NCBI GenBank assembly: GCA_040235515.1
Contig: JBECKX010000164.1
Location: 1-42,886, forward strand
From: Candidatus Zixiibacteriota bacterium
Lineage (GTDB): Bacteria > Zixibacteria > MSB-5A5 > CAIYYT01
Reading direction: 5' to 3'
DNA length: 42,886 bases
Of this stretch, positions 8,942 through 17,161 are shown in pieces; positions within the stretch are counted from its first letter, which is position 1, and each line of letters opens with the position of its first letter. The translations under genes were made by a program, and so were the position numbers. The notes under the pieces are model-generated. The model had not been told where the DNA came from and did not search any database. It saw only the letters and a list, made by a program, of their open reading frames with translations.

Positions 8942-9835
8942 ATGCAAATCGCTGACTTGATTTATGGCACCTTCCCCGATTTACCGGGATCGCAGCAGGT
9001 AGTCCACAGGTCAGACTCGATCGACGAAACACTGCTTGAGTGGTTGATCACGAGCTATGATCGTTTCGGTGATTGCCGCAGCGAGGAGTTCAAGAACTCG
9101 GTCACGGTGGTCTGGTATCGACACGACCCCTCGAATCCTCTCACCTGCATCACCAAAGTCACTCAACAATCGAAAGATTTCTCAGGCAGATGGGGTGCGC
9201 TGCTGCGGCATACCGTGATCGTACCGCAGGCCGAGTACGAGCGTCACGCCTGCCTGCCGCTCCTGTTCGCCAGTCGTCTGGTCGAATCAGGTGGCTCAGA
9301 AGAATTGGGCGCGCGGGAGGATCTGCAACTGGAAATAGCGCAGCCATTGCACTCGAGTGAGATAATCGCCGGTGCCTCGATCGAAAGCTACAAGGAGAAC
9401 ATCGGCAAGCTGCTACTCGGCGAAAGGTTGGTTTTGTACTCCGATGCACTCAACGATTACCTGAGCGGTTACCTGAGCACACTGGTTGCCCTGTTGCCGC
9501 TTCAGGCAAGACGGATGCTGAATTGGTCACAGTTCCTCTTTCGGGAATGGGAGGCGCTGGACCTCAGCGTGGTTTACAACTCGCGCTACGAAGCGCCGAC
9601 GGGCGGCCCGGTAACCTTCGCCGCCCAGGGTAAGAACCTCTTGAGTGCGCTGCAGCTTTCCTCAGCCGACGTCGCCTCCTATCTTGATCGTTTGGAGCGG
9701 GCATTCGCTGCTGAGGATCACGCCGAACTCGCGGCATTGCTGGATTCAGAGGATTGGCGGAGTGAGGCTACGACTGCCGCGGCGGAATCGCCGCGGGCTG
9801 ATGTGGAAAGAAAAAGCGATGAGTCAGAGAACTGA
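8942..9835 (+). CDS. GTPase-associated protein 1 N-terminal (GAP1-N)-like / TagF-like protein
   Basis: 297 aa; IADLIYGTF...QQVVHRS and KDFSGRWGALLRHTVIV resemble GAP1-N domain motifs (D..GR.G....H.L); last gene of the operon. Confidence 0.55.
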   Translation: MQIADLIYGTFPDLPGSQQVVHRSDSIDETLLEWLITSYDRFGDCRSEEFKNSVTVVWYRHDPSNPLTCITKVTQQSKDFSGRWGALLRHTVIVPQAEYERHACLPLLFASRLVESGGSEELGAREDLQLEIAQPLHSSEIIAGASIESYKENIGKLLLGERLVLYSDALNDYLSGYLSTLVALLPLQARRMLNWSQFLFREWEALDLSVVYNSRYEAPTGGPVTFAAQGKNLLSALQLSSADVASYLDRLERAFAAEDHAELAALLDSEDWRSEATTAAAESPRADVERKSDESEN

Positions 9836-9871
9836 CTCACCGCTTCATGATTACTCTGGTGTTGTCTGCGG

Positions 9872-10399
9872 TTACTTCTGGTAGACGACCGGTGTGTCTT
9901 CCTTGACAACCGGCTTGAAGAGATTCTGACCCTCCGGGAATTTTACATCATTGCCCTTCAGGATGAATCCCTGCAACCACGGCGGTATGTAGGAGACTAT
10001 TTTCTTTACGCCGCCACCTTCACCCTTGAACTCCACGACACCGCGCAGCGGGATCAATGTTCCGCCGGATGATTTAGTCGAATCGAAGTTGATCGTCATC
10101 ATGCCGTTGCGGCCGAATGAGCTGCCGCCACGACGCTTGATCATCGTCGCATAAACGACTTCACGCTTGTTGACCAGTTTCTGGTCGAACCTCATGACGT
10201 TCTCCAGCACCTTCAGGGTCACAACCTGACCGGGGCGTGCAGATTTCATGGCAGTGAAATCATCCTGATCAAGGTAGACTGGAATGGAGTCACCCTGATT
10301 GAGCAATGCGTCACCGGTCGCCTGCGCGGCGGCATTCGGTGCGCAGAACGCCAGGGCCAGAGCCACAAGCCCGATTAATATAATCCCTGTTAACTTCAT
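9872..10399 (-). CDS. Secreted protein, possible TrbI/VirB10-like beta domain
   Basis: Sec signal MKLTGIILIGLVALALAFCAPNAAA; strong SD (GGAGGT); pattern KSARPGQ.V.L.V.ENV...FGRNG.M.I.FDS....G..IPLRG. Confidence 0.75.
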   Translation of the reverse strand: MKLTGIILIGLVALALAFCAPNAAAQATGDALLNQGDSIPVYLDQDDFTAMKSARPGQVVTLKVLENVMRFDQKLVNKREVVYATMIKRRGGSSFGRNGMMTINFDSTKSSGGTLIPLRGVVEFKGEGGGVKKIVSYIPPWLQGFILKGNDVKFPEGQNLFKPVVKEDTPVVYQK

Positions 10400-10522
10400 G
10401 TTAACTCACCTACCTCCTCTGTACTACAGGTAATTTTCCCAATGCGGGCAACTAACGCAGTCAGCGCTCAAGAGTCAATCTAAAACAGAGCCTGCGCGAC
10501 GCGCAACCGCCCCTCAGACAGA

Positions 10523-12349
10523 CTACTCGACAGTTACCGACTTGGCGAGGTTACGGGGCTGGTCGACATCGCAGCCGCGCATCACGGCGATATAATAAGC
10601 CAACAGCTGTAGCGGAATCGCCGCGACCAGCGGGTTGAGATGATATGGCACCTTTGGCAGATAGATCACGTGATTCGCCAGGCGCCTGATATCCTCGTCA
10701 CCCTCCGTGGCGATAGCGATTACTTTGCCATTGCGGGCTTTGATCTCCTGGATATTGGAGATAACCTTGTCATAAACCTGATCCTGCTGGGCCAGTACCA
10801 CGACCGGCATATTCTCATCGATCAGGGCGATCGGTCCATGCTTCATTTCGGCGGCCGGATAACCCTCGGCGTGGATATAGGAGATTTCTTTAAGTTTGAG
10901 TGCTCCCTCGAGCGCCACCGGGAAATTGATCCCGCGGCCGAGGTAGAGGAAGTTTTCTTTTCCGGCATACATTTCAGCGATCTTCTTGATCTCGTCGTCG
11001 CGCTGAAGTAGTTCCTCTACCATCCCCGGAATGCTCTCCATCGCGGCAATGATCTGGCGCCCCTTCTCGAGGGAGACATCACGCTGACGGGCCAGCAACA
11101 GGGTTAACAGCGACAGCACCGCGACCTGGGAAGTGAATGCCTTTGTGGACGCAACCCCGATTTCCGGTCCGGCGTGGATATAGATGCCGCCATCAGATTC
11201 CCGGGCGATTGTCGAGCCAACCACGTTGCAGATTCCAAGGACGGTTGCTCCCTTGCGCTTCGCTTCACGCAAAGCCGCCAGCGTATCGGCTGTCTCGCCC
11301 GACTGGCTTATCACGAATACCAGCGTTCCGTGATCAATGATCGGGGAGCGATAGCGGAACTCGGACGCGTACTCGACTTCGACCGGAATGCGCGCGAGGT
11401 CCTCGATCATATATTCGCCAATCAGGGCCGAGTGCCAGGAAGTCCCGCAGGCCGAGAAGATGATCCGCTTGACATTGAGAAGTTCTTCATACTGCAGTTT
11501 GAGGCCGTTAAGACGCGCGGTGCCATCCTCGTAATTGAGGCGCCCGCGGGTGGCGTTGCGCAGCGTGGTAGGCTGCTCATAGATCTCTTTGAGCATGAAG
11601 TGGTCAAAACCGCTCTTCTCGAGCTGTTCCAGATCCCACTCGATATCATGATAGCGCTGCGAAACCGGGACGTTGTCCATGGTTGAGATCTGGACACCAT
11701 CCCGCGAGATCGTGGCAACTTCACCCTCGCCGAGATAGACGACGCGCTTGGTGTGCTCCAGCATCGCTGCGACATCGGAAGCAATCATGTTTTCTCCGTC
11801 ACCGACTCCCACGACCAGCGGCGAGCCATGTCTGGCGGCCACGATGACATCAGGATTGTCGAGAGAGACAACGGCGATTCCATAGGTTCCTTCAACCTGC
11901 GACATCGCCAGCTGGACCGCGCGCGTGAGGTTGCCTTCATAGAATTCTTCGATCAGGTGAGCGATCACTTCGGTGTCGGTGTCGGAGCTGAAGGTGTGCC
12001 CTTTCTGCTCCAGCAGGGAACGCAACGGTCCGAAGTTCTCGATGATCCCGTTGTGCACCACAGCGATCTTGCCCGCGCCATCGAAGTGTGGATGTGCATT
12101 GAGGTCGTTCGGTACGCCATGGGTTGCCCAGCGCGTATGCGCCACACCCACCGTACCGCTGAAGGTCTGGTCCTTCAGCTTCGACTCGAGGTTCTTGATC
12201 TTGCCGGCAGCCTTCTCGGCAGTGACACGACCATCCTCGATTATCGCGATTCCGGCTGAATCATAGCCACGATATTCAAGCCGCTTGAGGCCATTCATCA
12301 AAATCGGATATGCCGGACGGTCCCCAATGTAAGCAACTATTCCGCACAT
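10523..12349 (-). CDS. glmS: Glutamine-fructose-6-phosphate aminotransferase
   Basis: MCGIV start, RLEYRGYDSAG, HTRWATHG, EMKHGP, C-terminal PRNLAKSVTVE. Confidence 0.99.
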   Translation of the reverse strand: MCGIVAYIGDRPAYPILMNGLKRLEYRGYDSAGIAIIEDGRVTAEKAAGKIKNLESKLKDQTFSGTVGVAHTRWATHGVPNDLNAHPHFDGAGKIAVVHNGIIENFGPLRSLLEQKGHTFSSDTDTEVIAHLIEEFYEGNLTRAVQLAMSQVEGTYGIAVVSLDNPDVIVAARHGSPLVVGVGDGENMIASDVAAMLEHTKRVVYLGEGEVATISRDGVQISTMDNVPVSQRYHDIEWDLEQLEKSGFDHFMLKEIYEQPTTLRNATRGRLNYEDGTARLNGLKLQYEELLNVKRIIFSACGTSWHSALIGEYMIEDLARIPVEVEYASEFRYRSPIIDHGTLVFVISQSGETADTLAALREAKRKGATVLGICNVVGSTIARESDGGIYIHAGPEIGVASTKAFTSQVAVLSLLTLLLARQRDVSLEKGRQIIAAMESIPGMVEELLQRDDEIKKIAEMYAGKENFLYLGRGINFPVALEGALKLKEISYIHAEGYPAAEMKHGPIALIDENMPVVVLAQQDQVYDKVISNIQEIKARNGKVIAIATEGDEDIRRLANHVIYLPKVPYHLNPLVAAIPLQLLAYYIAVMRGCDVDQPRNLAKSVTVE

Positions 12350-12920
12350 TTCTCAACCATGTCCTTCCGTCGGAGATTATATCTTGACCGCTCTTGAGTA
12401 ATCATCCACGACCCGCTGGCAGAAGCCCGAAGCTATTTCTCGCCCTGCTCAAGCCGTGTCGGATGACTACAACCTCTGTTCAAAGATACTATTTATACGG
12501 CAACTGCGTAATGTTGATCAGAAAAGTTGACTGCCAAGAGCTATAATTGTGACTACCCTTATCATATCGGAATCGCCGCCGGTTTGGATACCTGAATTCA
12601 GCGTAAGAACCGTTCCGGCCCTTGCTCTCCCCGGGCAAGGTGTTGCCGCAGACTAGAGCTAATCTTCCTGATATAGATTTGAATAAAGATATGCGCCGGT
12701 GGGAATTCTACAAGCTGAAACGAGCGCGGCTGCAGATGCCGAAGCGCTTGTTTCGGGCTTTTTGCGCCGCTTGATTGTGTCAAAACTGTGAACCCGGCTT
12801 CAGGGCGAAATCCGCTGCACACTGGTAACTTTTTATAAGTAACTGTTCCGCCGCGAGTTAAATCGTCGTCCACTTCGGCACGCCTGTTGAGTCAATGTGA
12901 AACAGGAGAGGAGTGGATTG

Positions 12921-13382
12921 ATGAGCAGCAAATTCCTGGCATACTTCAGAGCATTTCTACCCTTCGGAGTGATCTTCTCGATCATCTTCATCTTCGGTGT
13001 AACTGACACCGCTGAAGCCAACAACTATCCCAAGGATGGCATCTTCAAGCAGCTCCCGACAGAGAAAGATTATTGGTTCTACGTGGACAAATTTCACTGG
13101 GAGATTGTCGCGCCCGATAAATGGACGCATATGATGGGTTCGATGGGTTCGACATCGCTGCTGAGTCGCTGCATGAATAAATACGCCGCCGGGGCACTGG
13201 TTTTTACCCTGGGGCTTTTTAAGGAATATGATGACGCATACCGCGAAGGATGGTCCTACCGTGATATCCTGGCGGATGCGCTGGGGGTGGCGGCGTCGAT
13301 AACGGCAACGGAGGATTATCGCCTGCTGGCGAAATATGATAAGAATAGCATCACCTTTCTGTTCAATGTCACGCTCGACTAG
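12921..13382 (+). CDS. YfiM-like exported/membrane protein
   Basis: Signal-like N-terminus; DKWTH, GLFKEYDD and GWSYRDILADALG motifs of the YfiM/DUF2279-like family; SD GAGGAG before ATG 12921. Confidence 0.7.
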   Translation: MSSKFLAYFRAFLPFGVIFSIIFIFGVTDTAEANNYPKDGIFKQLPTEKDYWFYVDKFHWEIVAPDKWTHMMGSMGSTSLLSRCMNKYAAGALVFTLGLFKEYDDAYREGWSYRDILADALGVAASITATEDYRLLAKYDKNSITFLFNVTLD

Positions 13383-13418
13383 TCATTCGGTCGATTCGTG
13401 GCGAATGACAATCGGAAC

Positions 13419-13545
13419 TTCTGTCTGAGAACTCCTTGTCAGAGTGGTTTGTGGGTATTCGGGCGGCTGGCGGAACAGAGATTTATCCAAGAATCTCTGG
13501 TCACAGCCGCTCGAAATAGTATCTGACGGGCAGGATTTCAGGGAA
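13419..13545 (+). ncRNA. Candidate structured intergenic RNA (long interrupted hairpin)
   Basis: Nested helices 13438-43/13522-27, 13458-69/13504-15 and 13476-83/13492-99; G-U pairs favour the + strand; no family recognised. Confidence 0.3.
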
Positions 13546-13571
13546 AAAAGACCGTGTAAGCAAATTTATGC

Positions 13572-13617
13572 TTGACACTGGCTTGCCTCGATTTATCTTT
13601 TGTGAAACCTTTCACAA
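13572..13617 (+). promoter_or_regulatory. sigma70 promoter plus Rex operator (rex autoregulation)
   Basis: TTGACA 13572-77, 16 bp spacer, TATCTT 13594-99, then perfect TTGTGAA-acct-TTCACAA 13600-13617. Confidence 0.9.
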
Positions 13618-13656
13618 CGGGACGCTCAACTCGAACTGCAAGCGACACAACCTAGT

Positions 13657-14307
13657 ATGAAAGAACGCAAGATATCTGAATCGACAATTCACCGCCTGTC
13701 ACATTACTATCGGGCCCTCAATATCCTCGAAAAGGAGCACTACGAGACGGTCTCGTCCAAGGAGCTTGCGCGGCGCGAGAAGTTGACCCCGGCGCAGGTA
13801 CGTAAGGACCTCTCCTTCTTCGGTTCATTCGGTACTCGTGGGCTGGGATATCCGGTGAAGGAACTCAAGGCACGCATCGCCAAGATCCTCGGGATTGACA
13901 GGATGTGGAATGTCGCCCTGATCGGCGTCGGTAACATCGGTTCGGCTTTGGTGTCGTACAAGGAGTTCCAGCGGCAGGGGTTCAACATCGTAGCGCTCTT
14001 CGACTCCGATCAGCGCAAGATCGGCTCGAACCACAAGGGGATAACAGTGATGGGGATTGACGATCTCGAAGCTGAGCTTCAACGCCACCAGATCGAGATT
14101 GTAATCCTGGCGGTTCCGGCGGCTTCGGCGCAAAGCATCGTCGACCATGTTGTGCATTGTGGGGTTAAAGCGATCCTGAATTTCGCCCCGATCAAGCTAA
14201 AGGTACCGGATGATGTGGAGATCCGGACTGAGAATATGGCGATGGAGTTGGAGTATCTCTCCTTTACTCTGGTCAGTTCCCGGCGATCTGACCGGAAAAA
14301 ACCTTGA
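13657..14307 (+). CDS. rex: Redox-sensing transcriptional repressor Rex
   Basis: RLSHYYR, QVRKDLSFFGSFGTRGLGY, IGVGNIGSAL, ILNFAP. Confidence 0.97.
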   Translation: MKERKISESTIHRLSHYYRALNILEKEHYETVSSKELARREKLTPAQVRKDLSFFGSFGTRGLGYPVKELKARIAKILGIDRMWNVALIGVGNIGSALVSYKEFQRQGFNIVALFDSDQRKIGSNHKGITVMGIDDLEAELQRHQIEIVILAVPAASAQSIVDHVVHCGVKAILNFAPIKLKVPDDVEIRTENMAMELEYLSFTLVSSRRSDRKKP

Positions 14308-14332
14308 CACTGTTCAATAAGCTAGCTAATTT
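14304..14332 (+). promoter_or_regulatory. sigma70-like promoter overlapping the rex stop codon
   Basis: TTGACA 14304-09, 17 bp spacer, TAATTT 14327-32. Confidence 0.55.
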
Positions 14333-14370
14333 TTAGTCGGTGCGATCTATTGGCACCGGCTATTTCTATT

Positions 14371-14793
14371 ATGATTAAGAAAGCGCTGATGCGATTCATA
14401 TTCCTTTGTCTTGCCATCATGCTCCTGCTTAGCAGTGCGCATGGCTTGATCTATTCCAACGTATTTGTCGTTACCGGCACTATCCAGTTCCAGGGCCGTC
14501 CTGCCGCCAAGGATCTTAACCTCGCAGCCTATATCGAAGATACGCGGGTTGCCGAGGGTAAAACCTCCGAGGATGGCAAATTCGAGCTGAGAATCCCCGA
14601 GTATGACCCCAACGCCCCGGAGGTCAATGGATTCCACAGCTTCGACGACGTGATCCTGGTGAAGCTGGAGGGTAAGGAAGCCAAACCGACCTTTAATCCA
14701 AAGCCCGATAAGTTGAAAATCGATCTCAAAGTCGAGACGACTCTGGATGTGAAATTGTCAACATGGGGTAAGATTAAAGCGTTATTCAAGTAG
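14371..14793 (+). CDS. Small secreted beta-sandwich protein with C-terminal STWGKIKALFK motif
   Basis: Signal peptide MRFIFLCLAIMLLLSSAHG (alternative start 14389); TSEDGKFEL carboxypeptidase-regulatory-like motif; terminal TWGKIKALFK. Confidence 0.85.
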   Translation: MIKKALMRFIFLCLAIMLLLSSAHGLIYSNVFVVTGTIQFQGRPAAKDLNLAAYIEDTRVAEGKTSEDGKFELRIPEYDPNAPEVNGFHSFDDVILVKLEGKEAKPTFNPKPDKLKIDLKVETTLDVKLSTWGKIKALFK

Positions 14794-14826
14794 AGGGTGC
14801 ACTCAGCATCCCGCATAGATTCGAAT

Positions 14827-14906
14827 AAAAACTGTCAGCCTTGACAGTTTTTGTTTCTCATCCATTCTGTGGTCAGGCCCGTCGCCTCGGGCTTGGCCAG
14901 TTTTTA
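14827..14906 (+). terminator. Two hairpins, probable intrinsic terminator(s)
   Basis: AAAAACTGTCA-gcct-TGACAGTTTTT (14827-52) and GGTCAGGCCCG/CGGGCTTGGCC (14871-98) followed by a T run. Confidence 0.6.
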
Positions 14907-14985
14907 TTCCCCCCGCACCTCGCGATTTTTATCCAGGAAGTCTCGCAGCTCAGAACCCGACACGAATTAGAGTCGAGTTTTCTGC

Positions 14986-15014
14986 TTGACTTTATGTTAC
15001 TGTTTAGTAACATA
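14986..15014 (+). promoter_or_regulatory. Promoter with 9-4-9 palindromic ArsR operator
   Basis: TTGACT 14986-91, TAACAT 15008-13; TATGTTACT-gttt-AGTAACATA 14993-15014. Confidence 0.75.
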
Positions 15015-15019
15015 TCTTT

Positions 15020-15343
15020 ATGGACAAACTCGATCCAGTCTTTAAGGCGCTCGCTGATCCGACACGGCGACAGATACTTGATCATCTGCGCGGACAACCC
15101 CTCACCACGGGCGACATCTGCGACTTGATCCCGGAACTGTCGCGCTGCGGGGTGATGAAGCATCTCGAGATACTCGTCGATGCCCGCCTCGTATTCGTGC
15201 GGCGCGAGGGGCGGATGCGTTGGAACTACCTGAACCCGGTGCCGATCCAGCAAATTCATGATCGCTGGATCAGTCCCTATGTGGCGATGCATGCACGCAA
15301 CCTGTTGAGATTGAAACAAGCAGTAGAAGATAAACCTGACTAA
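15020..15343 (+). CDS. ArsR/SmtB family transcriptional regulator
   Basis: VFKALADPTRRQILDHL, MKHLEIL, RREGR..WNYLNPVPI. Confidence 0.92.
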   Translation: MDKLDPVFKALADPTRRQILDHLRGQPLTTGDICDLIPELSRCGVMKHLEILVDARLVFVRREGRMRWNYLNPVPIQQIHDRWISPYVAMHARNLLRLKQAVEDKPD

Positions 15344-15356
15344 GAGGAGAGTTGCG

Positions 15357-15824
15357 ATGAAGGAAGCTATTAAGACAATTCAGGCAGCCCGCACCGCCAG
15401 CGTGAAACTTGAAATCGAAATCAATGCGCCACGCGAGAAAGTATTCGCGGCGCTCACCACCAATGTCACCGAATGGTGGCCTAAGGAACTGCATGCCTGC
15501 GGCGCCGGCAGCTGGTTTGAGTTCGAGGCGAAACCGGGCGGCAAGTTCGTCGAGCTGGTCGAGGGAGGCGGAGTCGTATGGGGAACGGTTCTCACATTTC
15601 TGCCGCCGCAGAGTTTTCAGTCGGTTGGGCATATTCTCCCACCCTGGGGCGGGCCCTGCGTGTCGTACGTCGACTATCAACTCGAGGAGAATGGCGCGGG
15701 CAAGACCCTGCTGAAGTTTACCGACTACCTGGTGGGTGAGTTCAGCGATAAGATGGTTGATAGCCTTGATGGTGGCTGGAAACTGGCGTTCGAGGATAAT
15801 CTGAAGCCATATTGTGAGAAGTAG
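15357..15824 (+). CDS. SRPBCC (Aha1/START-like) domain protein
   Basis: EIEINAPREKVFAALT..WW, PGG.F, GW...DNLK.Y.E; the usual ArsR-SRPBCC gene pair. Confidence 0.9.
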   Translation: MKEAIKTIQAARTASVKLEIEINAPREKVFAALTTNVTEWWPKELHACGAGSWFEFEAKPGGKFVELVEGGGVVWGTVLTFLPPQSFQSVGHILPPWGGPCVSYVDYQLEENGAGKTLLKFTDYLVGEFSDKMVDSLDGGWKLAFEDNLKPYCEK

Positions 15825-15970
15825 AGGTGAGTGGTACTCGCCGAATTCAGTTGAACATGGCGAGGGCGAATGCCATTCGCCCCTACGACAATGCCCCGAA
15901 CTTAGCGTGACGTCAGACAGAAATGTCTGACCTCCTGCCGTCATGCCCCAAGAGGGCATGACCTACTTCA
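15821..15970 (+). repeat. 150-bp composite REP element, copy 1
   Basis: 140/150 identical to 17162-17311; contains a GTAG...CTAC REP pair plus GTCAGACAGAAATGTCTGAC and GTCATGCCCCAAGAGGGCATGAC palindromes. Confidence 0.95.
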
Positions 15971-16004
15971 ACGGCTCGAGGCTCAATTGGGATTCGTAGC
16001 CCAA

Positions 16005-16067
16005 CCCCTCTTGAGAGGGGTCGCATCGAGGGCTTCGCAATGCGAAGTCATCGAGGCGGGGGTGTGT
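16005..16067 (-). repeat. ACACACCCC...CCCCTCTCAAGAGGGG palindromic repeat family member
   Basis: Same ends as the copies at 21838, 22613 and 41101. Confidence 0.8.
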
Positions 16068-16082
16068 CAGGACACAGGACTG

Positions 16083-17066
16083 CTACTTTAACGAATCAAG
16101 ATAGTCGAACAGCGCCAATGCATGGTTGCGGACGGCTTCCTCACGGACCAGCAACAGCGACTCAAGAGTGGCTCGCAACACCGGCGTGTCGTGGAAGAGT
16201 TCGAAGTCGCTCTCGTTGATGTAAAGGATAAAGATGCTCGACTTGCCCAGGTCGTAAGTTGTCTCCATAAACTTAGCAATCAACTCTCGCAGCGGAATGA
16301 TGGGGAGGGAGTCGAGCGTCATTGGAGTTGCCTGAAGTCCTGAGTAGACTGCAGCTGCTTTCGCGTGATGTTCTGCGAGTGGGCGGAAATAGATATCAGG
16401 ATACTGCTTCAGCAGGCGGCAGATGAGGTCGTAACGATATATCTCAGAGTCGATGATGTTGCGCTTACCCTTGTTCCCCTCACCTGCAAACTCATCTGGC
16501 ACGATTGCAAAGCTGGCCGAATCGAAAAGCGCCAGCGCTGACAATGAACGCGCATCGGTGGGCATAATGACCTCAAACCATGTAGTATCTGATACTATCT
16601 TCGGGCAGGTGAGGTAGTAGCTGCCGACCGGCAGGTAGCCGCAGTGAAAGCCGGCGGTTTTGCCGAAGTACTCAAGCAAGTCATAGTGCCCTTGAGCCGA
16701 TAATCCGTGAGGATTGAGCACTTCACAGGTTTCCACCACTCGACCGAGGCTATCAGTTTGCATCACTCTGCTAATTGTCGGGCGCAGACCGCAGTAATCG
16801 GCCGGTTCACCAGCTTCGTGATATAGCACACAGTCCAGCGCGCTGATCTCAGATTCATTGTAGAGCTGCTCCTTTTCGGTTGTATTCTCGATCCAGGTAT
16901 CGCACGCGATTGGTTCGGCTACGAAGTATGTCTCCTTCGACATCTCAATGCGGAACCTAAGCCCGCGCTCTTCGAGTGGCGGGAGGTCTTCACGGGGAAC
17001 GGTGCGCGTCTCAGCAAGAGAGGTGACAAAGAGGCACAGGATGATGAGGGTAATAGTGGAATTCAT
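16083..17066 (-). CDS. Hypothetical secreted protein (327 aa)
   Basis: SD GGAGGT before ATG 17066; signal peptide MNSTITLIILCLFVTSLA; Ig-like start K..YFVAEPI followed by a helical C-terminus. The longer ORF from 17300 runs through the REP repeat. Confidence 0.75.
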   Translation of the reverse strand: MNSTITLIILCLFVTSLAETRTVPREDLPPLEERGLRFRIEMSKETYFVAEPIACDTWIENTTEKEQLYNESEISALDCVLYHEAGEPADYCGLRPTISRVMQTDSLGRVVETCEVLNPHGLSAQGHYDLLEYFGKTAGFHCGYLPVGSYYLTCPKIVSDTTWFEVIMPTDARSLSALALFDSASFAIVPDEFAGEGNKGKRNIIDSEIYRYDLICRLLKQYPDIYFRPLAEHHAKAAAVYSGLQATPMTLDSLPIIPLRELIAKFMETTYDLGKSSIFILYINESDFELFHDTPVLRATLESLLLVREEAVRNHALALFDYLDSLK

Positions 17067-17161
17067 TAGTCCACCTCCCCTGACGGTGCGGATTTCGTTG
17101 CGTATTTCCATGCACGCAAAAGAAGGAATGGGGTAGGCATTGTCAAACGCATTCTGGAGTT

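Noticed and set aside
12350..12600. glmS ribozyme
   Set aside because: Core AGCGCC / GACGAGG motifs not found on the sense strand.
15270..15959. Minus-strand ORF, and the N-terminal 78 aa of ORF 16083-17300, sharing MPSWGMTAGGQ...
   Set aside because: The shared sequence is just the translated 150-bp REP repeat; the rest of 15270-15959 is antisense to SRPBCC.
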